NCBI GenBank assembly: GCA_963701855.1
Contig: CAVPBK010000006.1
Location: 1,120,001-1,184,000, forward strand
Reading direction: 5' to 3'
Source of the DNA: Nitrospirota bacterium
GTDB taxonomy: Bacteria; Nitrospirota; Nitrospiria; Nitrospirales; Nitrospiraceae
DNA length: 64,000 nt
This document shows, piece by piece, positions 1 to 9,200 of this stretch. Within the stretch, counting starts at the first letter, position 1. Each line of letters starts with the position of its first letter. The notes below the pieces were generated by a model that searched no databases, was not told the DNA's origin, and saw nothing but the letters and a program-made list of their open reading frames with translations. Both the position numbers and the translations under genes were made by a program.

Positions 1-262
1 CCAGATCTTGGAGTCGAATGCGTCCCGACTTGAGATAGGCGCGATACTGATGGCTGGGCAGGTAGCCGTTGCCTCCCAAGAACTGCTTGCCGCGCCGGAC
101 GGTCTCTTCGAATGGAAGGTATTCAAGGCTATGGAGCGGGTTATGGTGCACGAAAGTCCGCATCGGCCAATACTGCGCGACCACTTCGCCTGCGAGATGG
201 ACAATACCTCGCAGCTCCATTCGCCTCGTTTCGATGTCGGGTCGGTTCTCTACTTGTTCCAT
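1..262 (-). CDS. dabA: DUF2309 / DabA (MpsB) inorganic carbon transporter subunit, N-terminal part (runs off window)
   Basis: Hand translation from ATG at 262: MEQVENRPDIETRRMELRGIVHLAGEVVAQYWPMRTFVHHNPLHSLEYLPF. WP..FVHHNPL is the DUF2309 N-terminal motif; lies downstream of NuoL/M-like genes. Not in the ORF track. Confidence 0.88.
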   Translation of the reverse strand, partial: MEQVENRPDIETRRMELRGIVHLAGEVVAQYWPMRTFVHHNPLHSLEYLPFEETVRRGKQFLGGNGYLPSHQYRAYLKSGRIRLQDL

Positions 263-1557
263 ACGAACAATTCCGTGATGGCGCCGGCTGCCGTCGTGAG
301 CGTGCCCGTTTCAAACAGATGGGTCGGGACCACGCCCAAAGCCAGCAACACCACAACGAGGATCGTGAGCGAAGCCAATTCGCCAGGAAGCAGATCTGTG
401 TAGCGCAAATCACAGCGGCGCGCTCCGAAGAGCCACTGCTGCGCCATGCCCATGATGTACCATGAAGCGGCAAGCCAGGCCGTCACGATGATGACGATCG
501 CGATGGAGAAGGAAACCTCGGACAACAGAAGCAGGCCCATGAAACCGGCAAAGAGGCCGAACGGCGGCAGGCCTGTCGCAGCCAAGGCCAAAAGCGAGAG
601 AAGAACGGCGTAGCGCGGCATAGTCGCCGCCAACCCACTGATGGATTGCGGGTCCACGTCGTCTCCATAGCGCGTTCGGATGACCTGCCAAGCGAGCAGC
701 AGTCCGCTGGTGGTGAACCCGACTGCCCCGACGAAGACCGCAGCGCGTGGTGTCGTGGCATTGGTCGAGGCACCAAACCACCACAGCATCGAGTAGAACG
801 ACAGGCTGCTGTACGACAAGAGGAGTCGTGCGCGCGATTGCGCCAGCGCCTTAACCGCACCGTAGAACGTGCCTGCCAGGGCAAACAGGCTTACAGTCCA
901 GGCCGCCGCGTCAGGGACTGTCGGCATGACCGATGTTGCGCCGTGCAGTCCGATCACGGGGAAGAGCAACACGATGAACGAAGGTAGGCTGCCGGGGAGC
1001 CGCGTAAGCGCAGTGATATGTCCCTGGTGAAACGGCATAAGCGGCAACAAAACTGCGCAGGTCAACAAGGACGCGACGGAAGAGAGCGGCGGGGCAGCCA
1101 CGAGAGAAATCGTGACGCACCCAACGGCGAGTGCATAGGCGCCGATCCCCAACCAGGAAATTGGCCACAATGGCGTATGGTGGCGGTAGAGCAACGCGAT
1201 GAGTGAACTGAGCAGCACAAGCAAGCACACCTGCCCCATGACGTTTTGGCTCGTCAGGATGACGAATCCCAGTCCGAGAAACAGCAAGGTCGTGATCCAC
1301 GACAGCCGCAGATTCTTGTGACCCGGCTGTCCCAGGAGAGATGCACAGGCGGCAACCGGCAGGAGATAAACCAGCAACAGATTTTCAGGTGAGGTCGTGA
1401 GGGATTCAGACATTCCGGCAGCCGCGACGAGGCTCAGGATCGACAGGACGACCGACCAGTTCCTGAGATAGTCCGGTCGCGACCAGACTGCGAAGCCCAA
1501 CGCTGCTCCCAGAAGAGGAATACCTGCCAGAAGCAATGAAGCGACGGCACCATCCAT
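250..1557 (-). CDS. Degenerate NuoM/MrpD-like proton-antiporter-family membrane subunit of the DAB locus
   Basis: Very hydrophobic; PLMPFH, ISGLAATMPR and GLPPFGLFAGF motifs. Start taken at ATG 1557, overlapping the upstream TGA (TGATG). Confidence 0.8.
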   Translation of the reverse strand: MDGAVASLLLAGIPLLGAALGFAVWSRPDYLRNWSVVLSILSLVAAAGMSESLTTSPENLLLVYLLPVAACASLLGQPGHKNLRLSWITTLLFLGLGFVILTSQNVMGQVCLLVLLSSLIALLYRHHTPLWPISWLGIGAYALAVGCVTISLVAAPPLSSVASLLTCAVLLPLMPFHQGHITALTRLPGSLPSFIVLLFPVIGLHGATSVMPTVPDAAAWTVSLFALAGTFYGAVKALAQSRARLLLSYSSLSFYSMLWWFGASTNATTPRAAVFVGAVGFTTSGLLLAWQVIRTRYGDDVDPQSISGLAATMPRYAVLLSLLALAATGLPPFGLFAGFMGLLLLSEVSFSIAIVIIVTAWLAASWYIMGMAQQWLFGARRCDLRYTDLLPGELASLTILVVVLLALGVVPTHLFETGTLTTAAGAITELFVWNK

Positions 1558-3257
1558 CACCGCGACCATCCTCGTACGCTTTTGTCGAATCGGACCAGGA
1601 GTCGCCCGGCTACCCCGCCCAGTTTTTGATAGACCTCGTCCGCATAAAGCCGGTTCATGAACAGGACGTACAAGCGAATCCTCACCCCCTCGACCCACGA
1701 CGGCATCCAGACAGTACGCCCATGGGCCCGCATGTAGAGATAGAACCATCCGGCGATCGTCGTCAGCGTCGCCATGATGATCATCAGGTCGAAGAACCAA
1801 TTCGGGAGTTCGGCCGCCTTGAAGTAGGACGCAACTTCATGCGGGTCCGGGTAGAGGAACGCCGTAAAAGATTCCACGGCGAATAGATATACAAACACAA
1901 TGAACAGCAGGGTCAGCAGCATCACGGACGACACTTTCCACGAGGCCACGGCCCTTAATCGTGTAAGTGTCATGATGGCCTGTGAGGAGGTGATCCAGAT
2001 GAAGAACAGAAAGATCACCGTGCCCTGCGACTCAAGCAGTGGAATATGCAACACGCCGTGCGTGACGAGGAGAATCAGCAGGGGAATGAAGAGTGTCGTC
2101 ACGAAACCGGTCGACCAGGTGAGACGGGAGAAGCCCTCTTCCTCCTCCTGATGGTCATGGTGAGGGAAATGAGGTTCCTGCCGGGCCTTATGGATGACGT
2201 TGCCACAGTTCAAAAACACGGTCGCCTTGAACAGTCCGTGCGCGATCAGATGGAAGACTGCGAGAGAAAATGCGCCCAATCCACATTCCATGATCATGTA
2301 ACCCATCTGACCTATTGTGGAGAAACCGAGCGTTTTCTTGATGTCGTTTTGCGCCAGCATCATGCTGGCACCGAGAACAGCTGTCAGGGTGCCGACAGCG
2401 AAGGCTACGTGGAGGGTTGTCGAGCTCAATCCGAAGAGCGGCGCCAACCGGTTGATCAGAAACCCGCCGGCATTGATGATGCCGGCATGGAGCAACGCGT
2501 GCACCGGTGTGGGGGCATAGAGCGAGCGGGGCAGCCAGACGTGGATCGGAAACTGCGCCGACTTGCTCATTCCTCCGATGAACAGCAGCAGCGTGACGGC
2601 TGTGGTTCCGTTGAGTTCCCATCCAGGCAGAGGCGAGAGCGTGACCGGCGTCTCAGCCGCCTTGACGAACAATGGCTGGAACTCCAATGTGCCATAGAGT
2701 GAATGGGCCAGGACGATACCGGAAAGAAACGCCACATCGCCGACGCGCAAAAGCGTAAACGTTCGAAAGGCGCCTTCCAGCGTCGCTGCATGCGCATGAT
2801 TGTGGGCCAGGATATAGAGCAGGTAACTCAGGAGCTGCCAAAAGATGAACAGCATCATGAGATTGCCGCTTGAGACCATGCAAAGCAGTACGAAGGTCGT
2901 AAATCCGATCAGCGAAAGGTACCGGGTTTCATGCGGATCCTGGTACAGGTATCCGACGGAATAAGTGTAGATGATGGTTCCGACGCCGGAGATTAACACC
3001 ATCATGATCGCACTCAGCCGATCGATGTAAAAACCAATGGGAAAAGCCAGCGTCGCAGGGGATGAGGGGTCGTAGAACCGAATGGTGATGGCCCCGTGTG
3101 TCGCCACATACCAGAGGGTCACGATGGCTCCCAGCAAAGCTGCGCCGATGGGATAGGCCGCGATCCTGGCGCGTCGGTGTCGGGAGTTCTCATCGCCGAC
3201 CAGCACGATGAGCCCCGCGAGGAGCGGGAGGAATGGAACTAGGATGACGGAGAACAC
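1557..3257 (-). CDS. dabB: NuoL-like DabB/MpsA subunit of inorganic carbon transporter
   Basis: IDRLS, KSAQFPIHVWLP, PTPVHALLHAG, DIKKTLGFST, HLIAHGLFKATVFL motifs; GTG start at 3257 with GAGG upstream. Confidence 0.88.
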   Translation of the reverse strand: MFSVILVPFLPLLAGLIVLVGDENSRHRRARIAAYPIGAALLGAIVTLWYVATHGAITIRFYDPSSPATLAFPIGFYIDRLSAIMMVLISGVGTIIYTYSVGYLYQDPHETRYLSLIGFTTFVLLCMVSSGNLMMLFIFWQLLSYLLYILAHNHAHAATLEGAFRTFTLLRVGDVAFLSGIVLAHSLYGTLEFQPLFVKAAETPVTLSPLPGWELNGTTAVTLLLFIGGMSKSAQFPIHVWLPRSLYAPTPVHALLHAGIINAGGFLINRLAPLFGLSSTTLHVAFAVGTLTAVLGASMMLAQNDIKKTLGFSTIGQMGYMIMECGLGAFSLAVFHLIAHGLFKATVFLNCGNVIHKARQEPHFPHHDHQEEEEGFSRLTWSTGFVTTLFIPLLILLVTHGVLHIPLLESQGTVIFLFFIWITSSQAIMTLTRLRAVASWKVSSVMLLTLLFIVFVYLFAVESFTAFLYPDPHEVASYFKAAELPNWFFDLMIIMATLTTIAGWFYLYMRAHGRTVWMPSWVEGVRIRLYVLFMNRLYADEVYQKLGGVAGRLLVRFDKSVRGWSR

Positions 3258-3288
3258 TGGTACCTCATGATGATCGACGCAGGAACCC

Positions 3289-3350
3289 AAGAAAACAGAA
3301 AAGCCAACCGGGGATTCCCCGACGACTGATCGAGGCAATCCGGTTGGCTT
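3289..3350 (-). terminator. Intrinsic terminator in the dab leader
   Basis: AAGCCAACCGG...CCGGTTGGCTT perfect 11-bp stem followed by TTCTGTTTTCTT, about 30 nt before the dabB start. Confidence 0.8.
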
Positions 3351-3465
3351 GTACTGCAACCGGCCTCTCTCCTGAATTGCCGGTCGCCCTACGGCCGCTG
3401 ACAGTCGAAGCCGGTGTTTCGCCTGTTTCCGAGGAGTCTCGAGACAGGAGACATCGCCGTACTGT
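3289..3465 (-). ncRNA. Candidate structured 5' leader (riboswitch or attenuator) of the dab operon
   Basis: Three stem-loop domains; the last is an intrinsic terminator, and an alternative antiterminator pairing exists (see findings). Confidence 0.6.
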
Positions 3466-3482
3466 GAAGTCCAGCTCAATCA

Positions 3483-3509
3483 ATAATACTGTCCATAGAC
3501 ATTCGTCAA
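3483..3509 (-). promoter_or_regulatory. Possible sigma70 promoter of the dab leader
   Basis: TTGACG-N15-TATTAT; spacer is shorter than ideal. Confidence 0.35.
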
Positions 3510-3689
3510 GCGTCTGCTACGAAATTGGTGTCCCCGATCGTTGGGCGAAGGCCTAAAAGTCCCAGGCGGCGAACCGGTTTGGATAAAAGCCCTACGTTTC
3601 CACTTGTTCAGGCGGGCACCCCCCCTTATAATCTGCTGCCGAGTCGGCTACCACAATCGAATTCCCTCATCATTCGGACAAAGTACCGC

Positions 3690-4034
3690 GTGGAAAACGC
3701 CATTCGCAATATCATCATCAAGTTCGAGCAAGAATTCATGGGTCGCGGACCCGATGAAGTGCGCGCGTTTGTCGTGCGGGATCTGGTCGTTGTCCGGCTG
3801 AAAGGGGTGCTTACGCTCGCAGAGCGCCAATTAGCCAAAACGACAGAAGGCGTCGACATGGTGAAGCGGTTACGGCAAAACTTGATCGCACTGGGTCGCG
3901 ACAAACTCTGCGATCAAGTGAGCGACATCACGGGCGCCAAAACCCTGGCCCTTTTTACCGACATTGACGTACAGATCGGCGAACGGGTTTTCGTGTTCAC
4001 ACTCGATCGCGACATTCAGGGTGGAAGCCGATAG
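3690..4034 (+). CDS. DUF2294 (MpsC/YbcI-like) protein
   Basis: KFEQEFMGRGP..VVVRLKGVLT.AE..LA and TDID...GERVFVFTL motifs; start uncertain (GTG 3690 or slightly upstream). Confidence 0.85.
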   Translation: MENAIRNIIIKFEQEFMGRGPDEVRAFVVRDLVVVRLKGVLTLAERQLAKTTEGVDMVKRLRQNLIALGRDKLCDQVSDITGAKTLALFTDIDVQIGERVFVFTLDRDIQGGSR

Positions 4035-4048
4035 CGCAAATACGCACA

Positions 4049-4640
4049 ATGGGACAACTCGCCACAGGCCTCCTCAAGTTTCGATTCGAGATGTTCGGCA
4101 AGAAACAAGAGCTCTTCACCAGGCCTTCAGAACTCCTTGATCCCTTTTCATTACCTGTTTCGATTCACGAGTCGACCCGACTCTCCTGACCCAAGCCGAT
4201 CCCGTGGAGCTCTGTATTCTCAGGAACGTCGGCAATATGGTGGCTGTGTGGCTCGATGCAAGGGGGCGGCACAGCGACCATCGAGTACGCCATTGGCCGT
4301 TCTGAAGGTTCCACCCAGTATTGTCTGCGGACATGAGGCTTGCAGTGTGATGAGAGCGCTCGTGCACCGAAGGATGTGCAGGACCCACCGGCCCTCAGGA
4401 AGTGGGTCGGGCAAGCAGAAGCCTGCCCGGCGCTTGATCAAAGCTTCGCGGGAAAACATGCGATCACAGATCGACCAGCTTCGCACCCCCCCGTCCGTCG
4501 CCGTGCGTCTACGTCCGCGAAACGTGTCTCTCCATGGGTGGGTGTATTCCATTTCGACCGGCGACGTGTGGGTCTATGACTTCGACTCCGAGCGATTCAC
4601 CTCTCTGCTGGACGAGGCTTTTCCTAGCTTGAAAGCATAG
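4049..4640 (+). pseudogene. Beta-class carbonic anhydrase, multiply frameshifted
   Basis: Segments in different frames: FITCFDSRVDPTLLTQ..LRNVGNMV / ATIEYA / VLKV..IVCGHEAC / ENMRSQIDQLRT..LHGWVYSISTG. Confidence 0.85.
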
Positions 4641-4670
4641 TGTTTGTCCTGGCAAGCTGTACCCACGACC

Positions 4671-6140
4671 ATGCGCCCACTGGAAACTCTCTCTTTCGAT
4701 AACTCCTATGCCCGTTTGCCCCAGACTTTCTACGCCAAGTTGAACCCCACGCCGTTTGACGTGCCTCCGTATCTCGTCAGTTTCAATCCCGCAGCAGCCG
4801 AACTGATCGACCTTGATCCGGCGCAAGCGAAGCGACCGGAGTTTGCCGGGGTGTTTGGTGGGAGTCTTCTAGTCCCGGGGATGGAGCCGTTGGCGATGCT
4901 CTACTCGGGCCATCAATTTGGGGTCTACGTTCCGCAATTGGGAGACGGTCGCGCAATTCTCCTTGGCGAAATACGGAACGAACGGGGCGAGAAGTGGGAT
5001 CTGCATCTGAAGGGGGCGGGACTTACACCGTTCTCGCGAGAGGGAGACGGCCGCGCGGTTCTGCGTTCGACCATCCGGGAGTATCTCTGCTGCGAAGCGA
5101 TGCATGGGCTGGGCATTCCGACGACGAGGGCACTCTGCATCGTCGGCAGCGATCACAAGGTCTATCGCGAACAGGTCGAGACCGGCGCGATCGTACTTCG
5201 CATGGCGCCCTCTCACGTGCGGTTCGGCTCGTTCGAAATTCTCTATTATCGGAAACAACATGAACAGCTCAAAGTGCTGGCCGACTTCGTGATTGCGCAT
5301 CACTATCCTCATCTCGTGGAAGCAGCAGACAAATATGCGCACTTCTTTCATGAGGTCGTCGAGCGTACCGCGAAGCTGATTTCCCAATGGCAGGCCGTCG
5401 GTTGGGCGCACGGAGTGATGAACACCGACAACATGTCGATCCTGGGGATCACACTTGACTACGGCCCGTTCGGCTTTATCGACGACTACGATCCAGGACT
5501 TGTCTGCAACCACTCCGACCACAACGGCCGTTATGCCTTCAATCAACAGCCCTATATCGGTCTCTGGAATCTCAGCTGTCTGGCGCAGGCGTTGCTCCCG
5601 TTGGCCCAGAAAGAAGATTTGAAGGCCGCACTAGACCGCTACACCCCCCTCTGCGAAGAAGGGTACATGGAGTTGATGCGGGCTAAGCTCGGACTCATCG
5701 AGACGAAGGAGGAAGATGCGTCGATGATCCAAGACCTCTTGGCGCTCATGCACCTACAGCATGTCGATTACACTAGCTTCTTTCGAGCCCTGGGACTGTT
5801 TCAAGCCGGAACTGAATCGCTGAATGAGCTGATCCGCGACTTCTTCCTGGATCGTGAATCGTTCGACCAGTGGGCTCGCCGGTACAAGGATCGGTTGCGC
5901 CAAGAGGGGAGTCGAGACGAGGACCGGTTGGTCCGTATGAACCGCGTCAATCCCAAGTACGTGCTCCGCAACTATCTGGCGCAGACCGCCATCGAGAAGG
6001 CTCAGAAGAAGGACTTCTCCGAGATCGATCGGTTGCTCTCTCTGCTGCAAAATCCCTACAGCGACCAGTCAGGCATGGATGCCTACGCAGCCCCGCCACC
6101 TAACTGGGGCAAACACTTGTCCGTTAGTTGTAGCTCCTAG
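4671..6140 (+). CDS. selO: Protein adenylyltransferase SelO (YdiU)
   Basis: YSGHQFG, QLGDGRA, KGAGLTPFSREGDGRAVLRS, HGVMNTDN, NPKYVLRNY, C-terminal CSS. Confidence 0.95.
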   Translation: MRPLETLSFDNSYARLPQTFYAKLNPTPFDVPPYLVSFNPAAAELIDLDPAQAKRPEFAGVFGGSLLVPGMEPLAMLYSGHQFGVYVPQLGDGRAILLGEIRNERGEKWDLHLKGAGLTPFSREGDGRAVLRSTIREYLCCEAMHGLGIPTTRALCIVGSDHKVYREQVETGAIVLRMAPSHVRFGSFEILYYRKQHEQLKVLADFVIAHHYPHLVEAADKYAHFFHEVVERTAKLISQWQAVGWAHGVMNTDNMSILGITLDYGPFGFIDDYDPGLVCNHSDHNGRYAFNQQPYIGLWNLSCLAQALLPLAQKEDLKAALDRYTPLCEEGYMELMRAKLGLIETKEEDASMIQDLLALMHLQHVDYTSFFRALGLFQAGTESLNELIRDFFLDRESFDQWARRYKDRLRQEGSRDEDRLVRMNRVNPKYVLRNYLAQTAIEKAQKKDFSEIDRLLSLLQNPYSDQSGMDAYAAPPPNWGKHLSVSCSS

Positions 6141-6248
6141 CACATTCCCGCCTTGCAGTTCCCCTCACTATCTGTTGTACAGTGGCACGATGACCGAGCG
6201 AGTGCCCCGCGCTCGCTCGGCGGCTGATTACAGAAGACGGACTCCTCT

Positions 6249-9200
6249 ATGGCAAAAGGAAGTGGAGAATCGAAGCTCGCCCTAGTGGGGGTGGTCACCC
6301 TCGCAGTTGCGCTTGCCGGCGTGCTGTTGGTGAAAGAGCCTCTACGCAGTTCGCGGCCGGTAGGGACCGGGTTGGATATAAACCAGACCACCGGTGAGGA
6401 GTCGGTCCGCGCGCGGCTATGGGAAGATCCGGTGGCTGCGGTGCAGCGGGGCCTGAGAGGAACTCGGCCACCACCAGCCGGGTCATCCAAGCCCGGCCAG
6501 TCGGGTGAGTCATCTCTCTCGCAGCGTCTGAGGCCACTGCGGCAGGCGATTGCCGATCGAGTCGAGAAGGGCGAGCGGATTACAGTCCTATTGGTGACCC
6601 TGAGCGGCGATCCCTATGCAGAGAGTACGGAGTCCCGCATTCGAGATCGTTATGCGGTCGGCACCGCACTGGGGGTGGCCTGCTATGTTCCGGAAGACGA
6701 AGGACATCTCTCGTTCGTCGAGGGGGACGCTCAGGCGGTCGGTCATGCGTTGCCGTACGAGTGGTATCGGATCCGCAAGACACGAATATGCGGCGAGGAA
6801 CGGGGTCGAATCCAGAGCACGCTCGTGGTCTGGATTCCCGACGACGCCCTGAGTCAAGGGTACTTGGCGACCCTGACCTCCTTGTCGCAGGCCATGGTGT
6901 GTCAGGAGTCGAAACAGAAGAACGAATGCATACTGACCGAGGACAAACGCAGGCTGGTTCGATTGAATCCTGCAGTTCAACAAGCCGTCACGTTCAAGCT
7001 GGTGGGGCCCCGCAGTTCTTCCGCCCTGCGTGATCTCCTGGAAGAGGCTGGAAGCTTGTATGGAGAGCCCCATGAAGGGGTCGGCGTCTGGCCGAATACG
7101 GACGGGACCATCGAACTGTATTCACCATGGGCCAGCGCGATGAAAGGGCTTATGGCCTATGGACTGAAGAAGGAAGGGGGGAAAGGCCCGGCCTGCCAGA
7201 CCTATGAAGCCTGCGAGCAGGAGTTTTTTCATCGGCTGGCGGCCGCGAATATACGGCTTGTCTATGAGATCGGATCTGACGACCGGCTCTTCGACACGCT
7301 GATCGAGGAATTAGAACGTCGCCAGGTACGGCTCGGTTGGGATGCGGTGATCCTCATCGGGGAGTGGGATTCGTTGTATGGTCGAGCGCTGCCCATTGAG
7401 TTCCGTGCGGCAGCTTGTGCGAAAGTGGCGACCTTCACGGAGGCAGAGCTGAAGCAGATCCAGGTGCCGACGACGATCAAAGCCTGGTGTCCGACAGTCC
7501 CGCGTGCAATCGATCTGCAGGTTCAGCGCACGGCGGACTATGAGTCCCTGACCTTGAACGTCTTCCGCTATAGCTATCTGAGCGGTCTCGACGGCGAAGT
7601 GCCGGGCGACGACAGCGTGAAAGCCGCACGTGTAGAGAAACCCAAAACCAGTGAGACGGCGAAGGATGCACTGGCCGGTGGTCTAAAGGAACGGCCCGAA
7701 GGCACCAGTCAGCTTGATTATGTGCGCGCCTTGGCCACGCGGATTCAAGACGAAGGAGAAGGCGCGAAAGCGATCGGTATCCTGGGCTCGGACCCTTACG
7801 ACGCATTGCTCATTCTGAAAGCACTACGGCCGGCATTTCCTTACGCCGTCTTCTTCACCGTCGACCTCGATGCACGCCACCTTCAGGCGAGCGAATATCA
7901 ATGGACCAGGAATATGGTCATCGCCTCGCCATTCGGCTTGCAGCTGGATGGTGGTTTGCAACGCGATGTCCCGCCGTTCAGGAGCAGTGATCAAACGGCC
8001 ACTTATTTTGCCGTACTCCGGGCGGTGAATTACGTTACCTGTCGCGCAGTGGGCGATCGACAAAACCCGGCAGCCCTCTGTCCAGGGGGATATCACGTTG
8101 CGATGACCCCGGATGACCGAATCTACGATGCGGCTGAACATCCTCGGATCTTCGAAGTAGGGCGAGAGGGTGCCGTGGACTTAAGTGTCGTGGATATCGA
8201 AGGTGTGAGAACGATCCATCCCTTACGGGCGGACCTCGACCATACGGACAATCTGGGACAGTTGAAGCAGGGCATCGGTCCCGGCAGCGCAACCGTGACG
8301 GCGTTGGTCGCGATCGGGCTGTTCGTCGGGACGGTGCTCGCCTGGACCAATCAGCGACTCTGGCTCCGGGTCTCGCGCTCCTGGCGTCTGCTTGCCGTGA
8401 CTGGCTTCCTTCTTCTGGCCGGGACATCGGTCTTTTGGGTCATGGGTGGCGGGACAGCCCTCATGGCCCACCACGATGAAGGCGAACCTTTTTCGTGGAC
8501 CGCGGGCGTGAGCATTTGGCCCGGTGAGGGGCTCCGGCTTCTCGCGGGGATCTTGTGCGTCGTCTTCCTGGTCAAAGGATTGCGGGATCTCGTCAAGAAC
8601 AGCGACGATCTCACCGATGCCTTCCAGTTCCGTATCGATCAAGGCCAACGCTCCCGATTCACCTTGAAGACATTCTGGACGAATCTGCAGCGGGTCTATC
8701 ATTCGGCTGCCACCAGAACGGCCACCACGGTCGATCAAGCCTGGGCCTGGTACCTCGATGCAGCAGACCCGTTGCAGCGGACGGCGCGCGTTCTGGTCCT
8801 ATTCCTGCTCTATGGCGCTGTCATGATTTCCCTCGGTCACTGGGTCGTTGACGAAGAGATGATCCATCCCTGTCGAGGGTGGCTGAGCTGTCGAGTGGAC
8901 GAGATCATGACGCTGGTCAGCGTGAGCCTCGTCGTGTTGCTGAACCTGGCGGTGTTCGATGAGGTCATGTTGTGCCGTAGGTGGGTCGGTTGGGTGAACA
9001 GCTCGAGTGGGGGGTGGTCGGAACAGGTGCAGCAGGAATACTTGCGTGAGTATGGGTTGAGCCAGAGCCACAAGACCGAGTTCGAAAAACTCAAGTACTT
9101 AGCCGGGATCGATCTGATCAGCCGGCGGACGGAAGCGGTTAATCGCCTCATCCGGTACCCCTTCATCACCTTGCTGATCATGATCGCCGCGCGCAACGAC

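Noticed and set aside
8..403. 131-aa plus-strand ORF
   Set aside because: Antisense shadow of dabA and the NuoM-like gene.
1..3257. Respiratory complex I (nuoLM) operon
   Set aside because: No other nuo genes; the DUF2309 neighbour identifies a DAB/Mps transporter.
3258..3483. N-terminal extension of dabB and a 72-aa ORF as a leader peptide
   Set aside because: No RBS or family similarity; the region is better explained as structured RNA. A leader peptide is not fully excluded.
6120..6140. Selenocysteine read-through in SelO
   Set aside because: Ends in Cys-Ser-Ser then TAG; no in-frame TGA.
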